DNA from: Malacoraja senta
Taxonomy: Eukaryota
Length of the DNA: 64,000 nucleotides
Direction of reading: 5' to 3'
Assembly: GCA_038087875.1 (NCBI GenBank)
Contig: CM075979.1
Span: 21,762,001-21,826,000, forward strand
A program made the position numbers and the translations under genes. This document shows positions 20,818 to 32,200 of the stretch, in pieces. Each line of letters opens with the position of its first letter. Position 1 is the stretch's first letter. The notes under the pieces were generated by a model. The model did not search any database. It was not told the origin of the DNA and saw only the letters and a list, made by a program, of their open reading frames with translations.

Positions 20818-21848
20818 AGCAATGTTACAAAATTTTGAGATTAAAAAATCAAGTCTGCAATTTATCCCAACAGATAAAGCATAAAAGAAGTTTAATTTGA
20901 CACATAATTCACTTTCATACCGTCTGTATTAAAAACGTTATGACCATTTGCATACTCTGAAATTAGCATCTTGTTCCCTATTGCTTTTCCATTGACTTAA
21001 CTCAAAAGCTGTGATCGAGGACAGTCAAAAGCCCATAACTTTCTTAAAAATTAAGAGAACTGAATGAAATTTTCAGTTATTATAGATTGAAGCACTCTGA
21101 AACAAATATGAAACAATCTTACTTGGAAGACCTGAAATTAAAGCATATAATTAGTTAGTTACCTAATTGTAGCTAATTACAAAATTCAATTACTAGATCT
21201 AAACATCTATCCGTTTCTTAAGAAAAGGTTAACATTTTTAAATAGCCTGTGTCCAAATAACATTCACACAAAAATTCACAACATAACATGATTTTTAAAT
21301 CTCATTGTTATGAATTTATAGGCCAAATGGAAGGAATTTAGTGTTTAATTCCCATAAATTAAGGGCCATTTTAATCATCTTGCGAGTGAGATTTTGTGGA
21401 ACGCGATCGATTGGAACGTTGCGGTTTGCGGTGAAATTTAAACCCCATATCGGTAGGAAAAACACTGCCGGTTCGTATATTTACATAATCACATTTTAGC
21501 TGATGAAATTTTGATTAAAGTAATCCTAAGAAGCAAGTTTATATGTAAAATTAATGACTTCCTTATGTTTTGTCCCGTACGGGAGATCCGTCCCGTCTCG
21601 GCGTTGAAAGTCGCTTTTTTATTTTACTCCAGCGATTTAATTGTCCTGCGGTTTAAAATAAAATTCACAGAACGGCAGTCGGAACGATTATTCAGCATTA
21701 GGTAGTAGCCCGAGAAGATATATATCGGACAGGCAGGAGAAAACGGCATTTTAACCTCGCCCCCTCCCCCCCTCAAAGGCGCCAAAGTCGCGCACACGGC
21801 CAGTGACAGAACTGCAGCGCCGCTGAAGGTAAGTTTTGTAACATACCT
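20818..21848 (+). mobile_element. Non-autonomous DNA transposon, copy 1 (Kolobok-like; superfamily uncertain)
   Basis: Termini AGCAATGTTACAAAA ... TTTTGTAACATACCT. It is homologous end-to-end to the inverted copy at 22731-24548. Confidence 0.65.
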
Positions 21849-21849
21849 A

Positions 21850-22530
21850 GTGTTTTATTGTCATATGTCCCGGACGGGACAATTAAATTCTTACTTGCTG
21901 CAGCACAGCGGAATATGTGAATATGTAAACATTGTATATAATGGGGGAAAAAAAGAAAAAGTTCAATAAATAACAAATATAGTGCAAATAACAAATAATA
22001 ACTCTTTTGCAGTTCAGAGCTCATAGCTTATTCGTTGTGTTTAATAGCCTGATGGCTGTGGGGGAGTAGCTGTTCCTGAACCTGGACATTACAGCCTTCA
22101 GGCTCTTGTACCTTCTTCCTGATGGCAGTGGTGAGATAAGGGTGTGGCCAGGATGGTGTGGGTCCGTGATGATTTTGGCTGCCTTTTTGAGGCAACTACT
22201 ATGATAGATCCCTTTGACGGTGGGGAGGTCAAAGTCGGTGATGGACTGGGCAGTGGTCACAAATTTTTGTAGTCTGTTTCACTCCTGGATGTTCAAGTTG
22301 CCAAACCAGGCCACGAAGTAATCAGTCAGAATGCTCTCTACCATGCACCTGTAGAAGTTTAGGAGAATGCTCTTCGACATGCCGAATCTCCGTAATCTTC
22401 TCAGGAAGTAGAGTCGCTGATGTGCCTTCTTTACAATTGCATCGGTGTGCTGGGTCCAGAAAAGTTCTTCTGATATATGCACGCCCAGGAATTTGAAGTT
22501 ATTGACCCTCTCCACCATCGTCCCATTGAT
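21850..22530 (-). mobile_element. Rex1/Babar-like non-LTR retrotransposon 3' fragment
   Basis: ORF pieces FKFLGVHIS...KKAHQRLYFLRRLRRF...YRCMVESIL and LPSGRRYKSL...RFRNSYSP.AIRLLN. Related fragments lie near 19490-19760, 36400-36870 and 46520-46640. Confidence 0.8.
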
Positions 22531-22730
22531 ATAAACAGGATTGTGGGAGGGAGAGATAGATCAGCCATGATTGAATAGCGGAGTAGACTTGATGGGCCGA
22601 ATGGCCTAATTGTGCTCCTATTAATGACCTTATGACGTTTCGGGTTGAGACCCTTCCTCAGACTGAGAGTCAGGGGAGAGGGAGACACAGAGATAAGGAA
22701 GGGTAAGGTGTGAAAATGAGACATCAAAGT

Positions 22731-24548
22731 AGCGATATTACAAAACCTACCATCAGCGGCGCTACAAATCTGCCACTGCGATTCCGGAGGCTTTGGGGGG
22801 GGGGGGGGGGGGCGGGATTAAAATGCAGGTTTGTATTGGTTGTCGAAGAGGGATTTCCTCGGGCTGCTAGCTGAAGAAAACAAATCGTTCGCGCTTCCGT
22901 TCGCGGGTTTAAAAAATAATTGCTGTACCATTGCGTTGCTGTATTGAACTTAATCAAGACTAAAAAAGCCTTCACCGCCTTTAAAATCACGGATCGCAAG
23001 TGCAGGACAATACAAAAGGTATGTCATTTATTTAACATATTTCACTTTTTGCTGTGACTTTATTTTAATCTTATGATGCAAAAATGTTATTTAGGCCCCA
23101 TACGAATTGGCCGTGTCTTGCCTGCCGATATGGGCTTAAAATTTACGCAACGGCAACGTTCCAATCGATCACATTCCAGAAATCCACTCTCAAGATGATC
23201 AAATTATTATTTTTTTGGACAATCATGTCATAAGAGCATCTAAATCATCTATATTTTGTGTTATTGTCTATCCATGATCAATATTTTCACACTAAATATC
23301 CACAACAGTTTTAGTCAGATGTATTGTGCAAAAAATAATGATTTTATCTTGAGAGTGGATGTTTCTGGATTAATTTATGGGAATTAAACATTAAATTCCT
23401 TGCATTTGACATATCAATTCATGACAAAGTGAGATTTAAAAATCATGTTATATTGTGAATGCATGTGAATGGGATCAGTTTGTATTTTTGTTATTTGGAT
23501 ACTTAGGCTATTAAAAAAAATTAGCTTTTTCTTAAGAAATGGATAGATGTTTAGATCTAGTAATTGAATTTAGATGAATTTGATTAGATTAATTTAATTG
23601 ATTTGATGAAACTGATGAATATGATTTTTTTGTTGGGTATTTACTATTTGTTTTAGCGTTTAACATTATCATTTCTACCTTTTTTTCTAAAACTCCAAAT
23701 AATAACTTGTTTCTGTTAATGCTGTTCAGTGTGGGTTTTTTCTTTACATTTTAAACAGATGTCTCCGGAGAAGAAATGCAAAATTGTCAATCTAAATGCC
23801 CATGTGATGATCTACAAGACATTCTTAATGGGAAAGTAGTGGGCTGAAAGGCATGTCATGTGTGGTTTGAAGAGCAAAAACTTGTAGTTTACAATGCCAA
23901 AATTGAAAAGTTGAGGAAAAATAAGGTGTACAGAGTTGCTTATTGGTTACAATCTGAGGAGTATGATGATGCTACTGATGCTACTGATTATGATATGCCA
24001 ATGTACCAGGTAGTAACTGATCTTCTCCATAAAGACTTGGTCTATTGTTAGAAATTGTAATTTTTTTACCGATCTGTTATGGACTTACAGCATATAATAC
24101 AATAATATTAAAGTTCTGATCTTGAGAATATCACATTTTTGAATTTTCAAGGCAGTCTGGGTGTTTATTACTATTTACAACGATCAATTTTATAATTAGC
24201 TACAATTAGGTAACTAACTAATTATATGCTTTAATTTCAGGTCATCCAAGTAAGATGTTCCATATTTGTTTCAGAATGCTTCAATCTATAATAACTGAAA
24301 TTTTCATTCAGTTCTCTTAATCTTTAAGAAAGATGGGCTTTTGACTGTCCTCGATTACAGCTTTTGTGTTAAGTCAATGGAAAAGCAATAGGGAACAAGA
24401 TGTTGATTTCCGAGTGTGAAAATGGCCATAACCTTTTTAATACTGAAGATATGAAATTTGGTATCAAATTAAAGTTATTTTTATGCTTTATCTGATGGGA
24501 TAAATTATAGGCTTGATTTTTAAAATCTCAACATTTTATAACATTCCT
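22731..24548 (-). mobile_element. Longer diverged copy 2 of the same DNA transposon, inverted, with extra internal sequence and an ORF remnant (23860-24051)
   Basis: Termini AGCGATATTACAAAA ... TTTTATAACATTCCT. Long reverse-complement similarity to 20818-21848, with about 0.6 kb extra at 23575-24185. Confidence 0.65.
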
Positions 24549-25384
24549 AATCAAAGGGGATGGTTCAATAAAAATGTAGAATAGATAATTGTTAGTGAGG
24601 AGAAGGTGACAACGAAGCATGCAAATATAACATTTTTAATAATCGGAGGATAGTCAGTGGTTGCAGAACTAGGATCGGAGAGGGATGGAGAGAGAGGGAA
24701 AACAAAGATTCGAGAAGTCAATATACCGCTGGGTTATAAGCTGCCCAAGCGAAATATGAGGTGCTGTTCCTCCAATTTACTTTGGACCTCACTCTGACAG
24801 TGGAAGAGGTCCATGACAGATAGGTCAGTATTGTTTCCATTATCATCGTTACATCAAACCCAGGTCTCTGGCGCTGTGAGGCAGCAACTCTACTGCTGCG
24901 CTACCGTGCCGTCCTTACAAAATGGCTAATTCTTCTTCTGCCCGAATGGTATCTCTGGCATAGTATTCTCAAGTGAAGCCACTATTTAAAATGTATATCT
25001 ATATGTCAAAATTGCAATTTTATCTTCTGCAGAACAGTAAAAATGGCATGATTTATAGGTCCGTTGCTTGAAATTACTTACCCATTTGAGAGAGACTCCA
25101 CAGCAGAATTATATTTAGAGCAATTTGATTTTGGAAAGTTGAACAAGATCATGGGGTATCTTTGAGATTTACTTGAACATTAAAGTGTTTCCTGTGGAAT
25201 ATCTAACCCATAGCATATAATGAACCCGGAACAGTACAGCATTGGAACAGGCCATTTGGCCCACAATGTCTGTGTCAAACATGATGCTAGGACAAACTAA
25301 TCTCTTCTACCTGCATGTTATCCATAAGTATCAAGTCTGCTACCAGATATTCTCCCCAATGTCTGTTTCTGTTGATGAAAAACT

Positions 25385-26020
25385 GTCATCTGTGATCTCT
25401 GTCTGTAATATCTCCATCTGAAATCTCTCTATGTCTGTGATCTCTCTCTCTGTGATCTCTCTCTGTCTGCGATCCCTGTGTTTGATATCTCTGATCTCTT
25501 TGTCTGAGATCTGTCTTCATCTACGACCTCTGTCTGTAATCCCTCTGTCTGCGAACCCTGTCTGTGATCTCTGTGACTGCGATCTCCCTTCGTCTACGAC
25601 CTCTCTCTGTTGTAATCTCTCTGTCTGCGATCCCTGTCTGTGATCTCTGTGACTGCGATCTCTCTTCGTCTACGACCTCTCTGTCTGCGATCCCTGTCTG
25701 ATCTCTGTGACTGCGATCTCTCTTCGTCTACGACCTCTCTCTGTTGTAATCTCTCTGTCTGCGATCCCTGTCTGTGATCTCTGTCTGCAATCTCTCCATC
25801 TACGACCTCTCTCTGCCTGTGATCTCCCTCTCTACCTGTGATATCTATATCTGTAATATCTCTGTGATCTCCCTCTCCATCTGTGACATCTCTGCCTGTG
25901 ATCTCTCTTTCAGTCTGAAATGGAGAGACCCACTCTCCATCTGTAATCTCTCCGTCTGGGATCTGTCTGATCACTCTGTCTGGGGAAATATAACCTCTCC
26001 CTCTCAGGTCTGATCTCTCT
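25385..26020. repeat. Degenerate CT-rich tandem repeat (TCTGTGATCTCT / CTACGACCTCTCTGT units)
   Basis: Visible periodicity, with near-identical ~60-70-bp blocks at 25555-25780. Confidence 0.9.
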
Positions 26021-26209
26021 ATTTCAGATGTCCCGCTGTCGAAGGAAACACCCCTCCCCGTGCAGGCCGCGCTGTGTCCCACAGAGGGAGACAGAGGCAA
26101 GTCGTTCCTCTCCCCGCCCAACACCGGCAAAAGTGAAACCAAGGCGGCGGCAGGCGGCTGGCGGCGAGAGGGGTGCGGGGAGCTCGGGGCAGGCTGGACA
26201 GCGAGGACC

Positions 26210-26276
26210 ATGGGGCGGCTGGGGAACCCACTGCGGCCACTCCTGCTCCTGTTGGTGATGTTGGCGCCACATTCAG
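26210..26276 (+). CDS. NCR3LG1: B7-H6-like exon 1: signal peptide MGRLGNPLRPLLLLLVMLAPHS
   Basis: Strong Kozak context (ACCATGG), hydrophobic core, phase-1 donor CAG|gtcaga. Confidence 0.85.
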
Positions 26277-29200
26277 GTCAGAGCCGTGGCTGGGCTGGGC
26301 TCGGGTCGCAGAATGGGGAGCACGGTGCCGGGGTGCGCGACCTGCCTTTTCCGGGGGGTGGTCGCTGCCTCGGGGGTTTAGCCTGGCATCGTGGGCGGCA
26401 CGGACATTCTGGGCCGAAGGGCTTGTTCCCCTATTGTACTGTTCTATGTATAAAGATTAACGTGGTTCTGGTAGGCGTGTTCCTATGATATACTGTGCCA
26501 TGTTCTGTGTATAAAGCCCAGCAAGGATATTGTGGGCCAAAGGGCCTGATCCTGGGCTATACTGTTGTGTAATAGCACAAACATTACGGGCTGACAGCTC
26601 TGTTCCTCCACTGTACTGCTCTATGTGTAATTGTCAGGGCGGCACAGTTTAGATCATTTTTGTAGGGTGCATTCTAACATTCAAACATTTTAACATATTT
26701 TAATATGTATATTTGTAAAAAAAGATATACATATTTGAATATGTATTTAAAATATTTAAAATATTCTAATATGTACATTTTCCCCCCAATTTACAGGACA
26801 GTTGACGTTGAAAGCAAGCAAAAGTCCAGCGGAACTCATCCTGTACGAAAATGGACTTCTCGAGTGTGAGATTGCTAATCTCAGTGCGATTACTTTGAAC
26901 CCAAATAATTTAGGCGTTTTATGGGTTTTTACCCGTGGAACTGAAAAATTAAATATCTTTATGTATTCTAACGGACAGATAACAAATCTGTGGAAGGAAG
27001 CAGAGCTGTCTGAAAGCTCCATTTTACATGGAAACATGTCACTTTACCTGAGACATGTTACGTTAAAACATTTTGGGGAATATCGCTGTGAGGTTGTTAT
27101 TCCACCAAATTACAAAGCTTCTCTGACGGTAAAGCTTGAAGTTTTAGGTAAGGAGATTTCTTGCACTTCACTGTAAATTATTTAATATTGTGATAAAACA
27201 ATATATATAGAGCTGTAGTCATTCAGTGCGGTAACAGGCCTTTTGATCTATCTCGTCCCTGCCGACCAATATGCCCCACTTTGCTTTCAAACCAAAGCTT
27301 TATACTGGCTTGATGGAGTTTGCAAAATTATTTTCTCCGAAATACAAACTTATATCCAAACTTTTTCAGTCTTCTTACTGTAGGAAGGAAGCCATTAAGC
27401 TGGCGAGAAGATTTAGAAGCATGTTGTCAGGACTCGAGGACTTGAGCTATAGGGAGAGGTTGGGCAGGCTAGGACTTTATTCGTAGTCATACAGCACGGA
27501 AACCAGCCCTTCAGTCCAAATGGTCCATGCTGATCAATATGTCCCATCTGCCCATATTTGGCCCATATCAGTCTTGACGTTTCCTATCCATGTACCTGTC
27601 CAAATGCTTTTAAATGTTGTTGTAGTACCTACCTCAACTACCTCCTCTGGCAGCTCATTCCATATACCTACCACTCTCTACCTGAAATTTTTGTCATTTA
27701 AATCTTTCCCTTCCCACCTTAAAACTATGTCCTCTGGTTCTTGATTCCCCTACTCTGGATACAATACTTTGTGCTTTCACCCTATGTATTCCCCTCATGA
27801 TCTTATACACGACTATAAGATCACCTCTCAGCCATCTGCGCTTCAAGGAGTAAAGTCCTAGCCTGCCCAAACGCTCCCTCTAGCTCAGGCCCTTGAGCCC
27901 TGGCAAAATCTTCCTTCGTCTTCTCTGCATTCTTTCAAGCTTAATGGTAGTTTCTTAGAGCATGGAGACCAAAAGATTTTGGGTATAAGTTTGTATTTCA
28001 GAGAAAATAGTTTTGCAAATTCCATGGTAGACACAAAATGCTGGAGTAACTCAGCGGGACAGACAGCATCTCTGAAGAGAAGGAATGGGTGACGTTTCGG
28101 GTCAAGACCCTTCTTCATGGGTGACCTTTCGGGTGGAGACTCTTCTTCTAATGCAAATTCCATCATGCTAGTATAACGCCTTGGTAGGAAAGCAAAATTC
28201 TACATTTATTTGATATCTGAAGGAAGAACAAATGTTATTGGAAACTCTCATATCAGGTAGAAACTGAACTGAAAGATATCAAATGTCATAGGTTGATTGC
28301 GTTGCATGGGAGCATCCACGCTATTTCACTAAACTAAACTGGGCTCATGGAAGAGTTCCCAAACCAAGTCTTTATGTGACCCAACAGTATGTTTTCTATG
28401 GTACACAAAAATGCTGGAGAAACTCAGCGGGTGCAGCAGCATCTATGGAGCAAAGGAAATAGGCAACGTTTCGGGCCGAAACCCTTCTTCAGACTGATAG
28501 GGGGTGGGGAGAAGAAAGGAAAATAGGCGGAGGAGGAGCCCGAGGGCTGGGGGAGGGGAGGAGACAACCAGAGGGCTGATGAAGGGGAGGGGACAGCAAG
28601 GGCTAGCAGAATTGGGAGAATTCAATGTTCAAACCCCCAGGATGTAGACTGCCCAATCGGAATATGAGGTGCATTTCCTCCAATTTCCGGTGTTGCTCGA
28701 TGTGGCCATGGAGGAGACCCAGGACAGAGAGGTCAGATACGGAATGGGAGGGTGAGTTGAAGTGCTGAGCCACCGGGAGGGCAGGTTGGTTATTGCGGAT
28801 TGACCAGAGGTGTTCGGCGAAACGATCGCCAAGCCTCCGCTTGGTCTCACCTATGTAGATCAGCTGGCATCTAGAGCAGCGGATGCAATAGATGAGGTTG
28901 GGGGAGATGCAGGGGAACCTCTGTCGCACCTCCGCCTTTTTCCTTTCTTCTCCCCACCCCCTATCAGTCTGAAGAAGGGTTTCGGCCCGAAACGTTGCCT
29001 ATTTCCTTTGCTCCATAGATGCTGCTGCACCCGCTGAGTTTCTCCAGCATTTTTGTGTACCTTCGATTTTCCAGCATCTGCAGTTCCTTCTTTAACACAA
29101 CAGTATGTTTTCTATGTTAAGTATAGCTGTTGAGACATTAATATATCTTTTTTTTTTATAGCACAACCCACAGTAACTATTGTTTCTGAGAAGCTTGTGG

Positions 29201-32200
29201 AGGTTGGCAATGGAGGAGAGATGGTCTTGGGTTGTCAGTTAAATGGATATTATCCTTGCGAATGCAAAACGGATTGGTTTCAGTCAAACCCATCACAAAA
29301 GAAAACAAAGCTGTTAACTGATATCTGCATCGCCCCTCCAATCAAAAATCCTGATGGGACATGCAACGTGACCACTGAAGTTCGACTGGAACCAGGTGTA
29401 GAAGATATTGGCAGCAGTTTTGAATGCCGGGTGACACACAAGGCATTTCCAGAGCCATACACTGCGAAAGCTGCAGTGACTTTGAAAGGTCAGTTAGTTT
29501 TAGTTTTGGAGATGGTGTGGAAACAGGCCCTTCGGCCCAATGAGTCTGTGCTGACCAACTATTTCCCATACACTAATTCTATCCTACATATTAGGGGCAA
29601 TTTACAGAGGCCAATTAATCTACAAACTCACATGTCTGGAATGTGGGACAAAACCAGAGCACCCGGAGGAAACCCACGCTGTCATGGGGAGAACGTACAG
29701 ACAGCACCCGTAGTCCGGATTGAACCTGGGACTCTGGCGGTGTAAGACAGCAACTCTACCGCTGCGCTGTAGTGTTCTTTCTATTTTTTAATGAAAAGTT
29801 GAAATTTCAAACTTGGTTACGTTCATGTTGAGGGGTAGAGTCACAGAGTAATCCAGCACGAAAACAGGCCCTTCAGCCCAACTCATTCATGCCGACTAAG
29901 ATGCCCCATCTCAGCAAAGCCATTTGCCCGCGTTTGGCATATATCCCTCTAACCCTTTCCTCTCCACGTACATATCCAAATGTCTCTTAAATGTTGTGAT
30001 AGTACCTGCCTCAACTACCTCCTGCAACTCGTTCCATATACCCAAAAGGTAGTCAGGTTCTAATTAAATCCTTCCCCCCCTCACCTTAAACTTAGGATCA
30101 GAAGTGATTTTTGGGATGGGTGCAAAGTTGTAACGTGGGGTAGTCATAGAGTTGTACAGCAAGGAAACAGGCCATTCGGCCCAATGTCTATACCATCAAA
30201 ATCCCCATCAAGTTTGTCCCATTGGCCCACATTTGGTCCTTATCTCTCTGACCCTTTCCTATGCAAGTATTTGTCCAAAGATCTGTTAAATGTTATTATT
30301 ATATCTGCATCAGCTACCTCCTCGTGCAGCTCATTCCATACAACCACCACCCAATGAATAAAAAAGTTGCCCCTCAGGTTCCTATTAAATCTTTCCCTCT
30401 CACCTTAGACTATGTGCTCTGGTTCTTGATTTCCTACCCTGGGTAAAAGACTCTGAACATTCACCCTTTCAATTCCCCTCTGGATTTTATACACCACTAT
30501 AAGCTGAAGATAAAACAAGTATGATTTAAAAAAAAAAAAAAGTTTGATAAAGGCTTTTTAAACGGAGTATTTTTATAACTCCTTTCTGCTAAATCTGTCC
30601 ATGAACCTTTTTCTGCTAAATCTAAGTACATCTGTAACTATAATTACATAGAAACATAGAAACATAGAAAGTAGGTGCGAGAGTAGACCACCAGGCCCAT
30701 CGAGCCCGCACCGCCATTCGCTCATGGCTGAACACTAAACAGACACCCTTACCCACAAACAGTAGACACAAGACACAGAACACAAGACCTTGTCAAAGTG
30801 TTGAGTATTTATAACTTCTATAACTTTTTTGATAATTGCATGACTCTTAAGGGCTAATTGCACTTTTACTTTTATAAACAGTAAGTTTCACATCCTAAGT
30901 AAAGAATTTTCTTCTTTTCTCTTTATTTCTTACCTTTTATCAATGGCTTTTAAATTCTCCCGTATGGAATTTTTTTTCCTCTTGGTCACTTCCGAGTCTT
31001 TTCTCGAACATGTTCAGGCTTTTAAAAGTAGATATGAGCGGTTCGTTCTGCACCATCTTCATCAGTTCATAAGTCATAGGAGCAGAATTATGCCATTCTG
31101 CCCATTGAGTCTACTCTGCCATTCAATCAATCATGGCTGAGCTAGCGCTCAACCTCTCAACCCCATTCCATCTCACCCCATTCAACTGCCTTCTCCCCAT
31201 AACCTTTAATGTCTTTACTAATCAAGAACCTGTCAATCTCCACTTTAAAAATACCCAATGACTTGGCCTACACTGCCATCTGTGGCAATGAATTCAACAG
31301 ATTTACCACCCTCTGGCTAAAGAAATTCCTCCTCATCTCTTTTCTAAAGGTATGTCTTGTAATCTTGTCATTTTTTTTGCACTTTTGTATTACAGAAGCA
31401 GAAATTCATCTGTCCAAAAGCTCAATAATTGGAAGCATCATTGGAAGTGTACTTTTTTCTGTAATGCTGTTAACGGCTGGAATTTACCTGTACATGCTGT
31501 ACATTTATAAAGGTAATGCTTATCTACTGTGGATGAATTTATAGAAAACGATTCAAAGAATCTTAAGTTATTTGGCTGGGGTACAATTAAATCTTTTTGC
31601 CTTCATGCTAATTTTAGTTTCATGTTTAAAAAATTCAACGTGGAAACATACCCTTCAGCCCACCGAGTCCACGCCAACCATCGATCATCCGTTCACACTA
31701 GTTCTATGTTATCCCACTTTCTCATTCACTCCCAACACACTTGGGACAATTTACAGAGGACAAATAACCCACAAACCCGCACGTTTTGGGGATGTGGGAG
31801 GAAACCGCAGCACCTGGAGAAAACCCACGCTGTCGCAGAGAGAACGTGTAAACTCCACACAGACAGCCCCAATGTTAGGATCGACCCCGGGGTTCTGGCG
31901 CTGTGAGGCAGCAGCTCTACCGTCTGCACAACTGTGCTGACCTAATTGTATAATTTTCTAGTTAACCTGTGCTGCACAAACTTGTGACAATTTTGGCATT
32001 GCCAACTATACTGTAAATGATTAATCTACTAACTATAAATGATCAATGATATTGTTGGTTAAGTTTGGTCCCACAAACAGTATTTAGCAGATATTTGTTA
32101 ATGATTATTTAAATTGATGTTCTTATTCCATTTCAAGTCCATTGCTCTGTGAAAGTGGTAACACAAGTAGATGGAGTGGTAACAAAGGCATAGGAGATGC

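Noticed and set aside
25594-26211. 205-aa minus-strand ORF rich in D/R/E
   Set aside because: Translation of the CT-rich tandem repeat plus the antisense of the GC-rich B7-H6 leader.
29489-29745. In-frame read-through after B7-H6 exon 3 (possible soluble isoform tail)
   Set aside because: The extension is translated antisense SINE sequence and the donor is canonical; likely chance.
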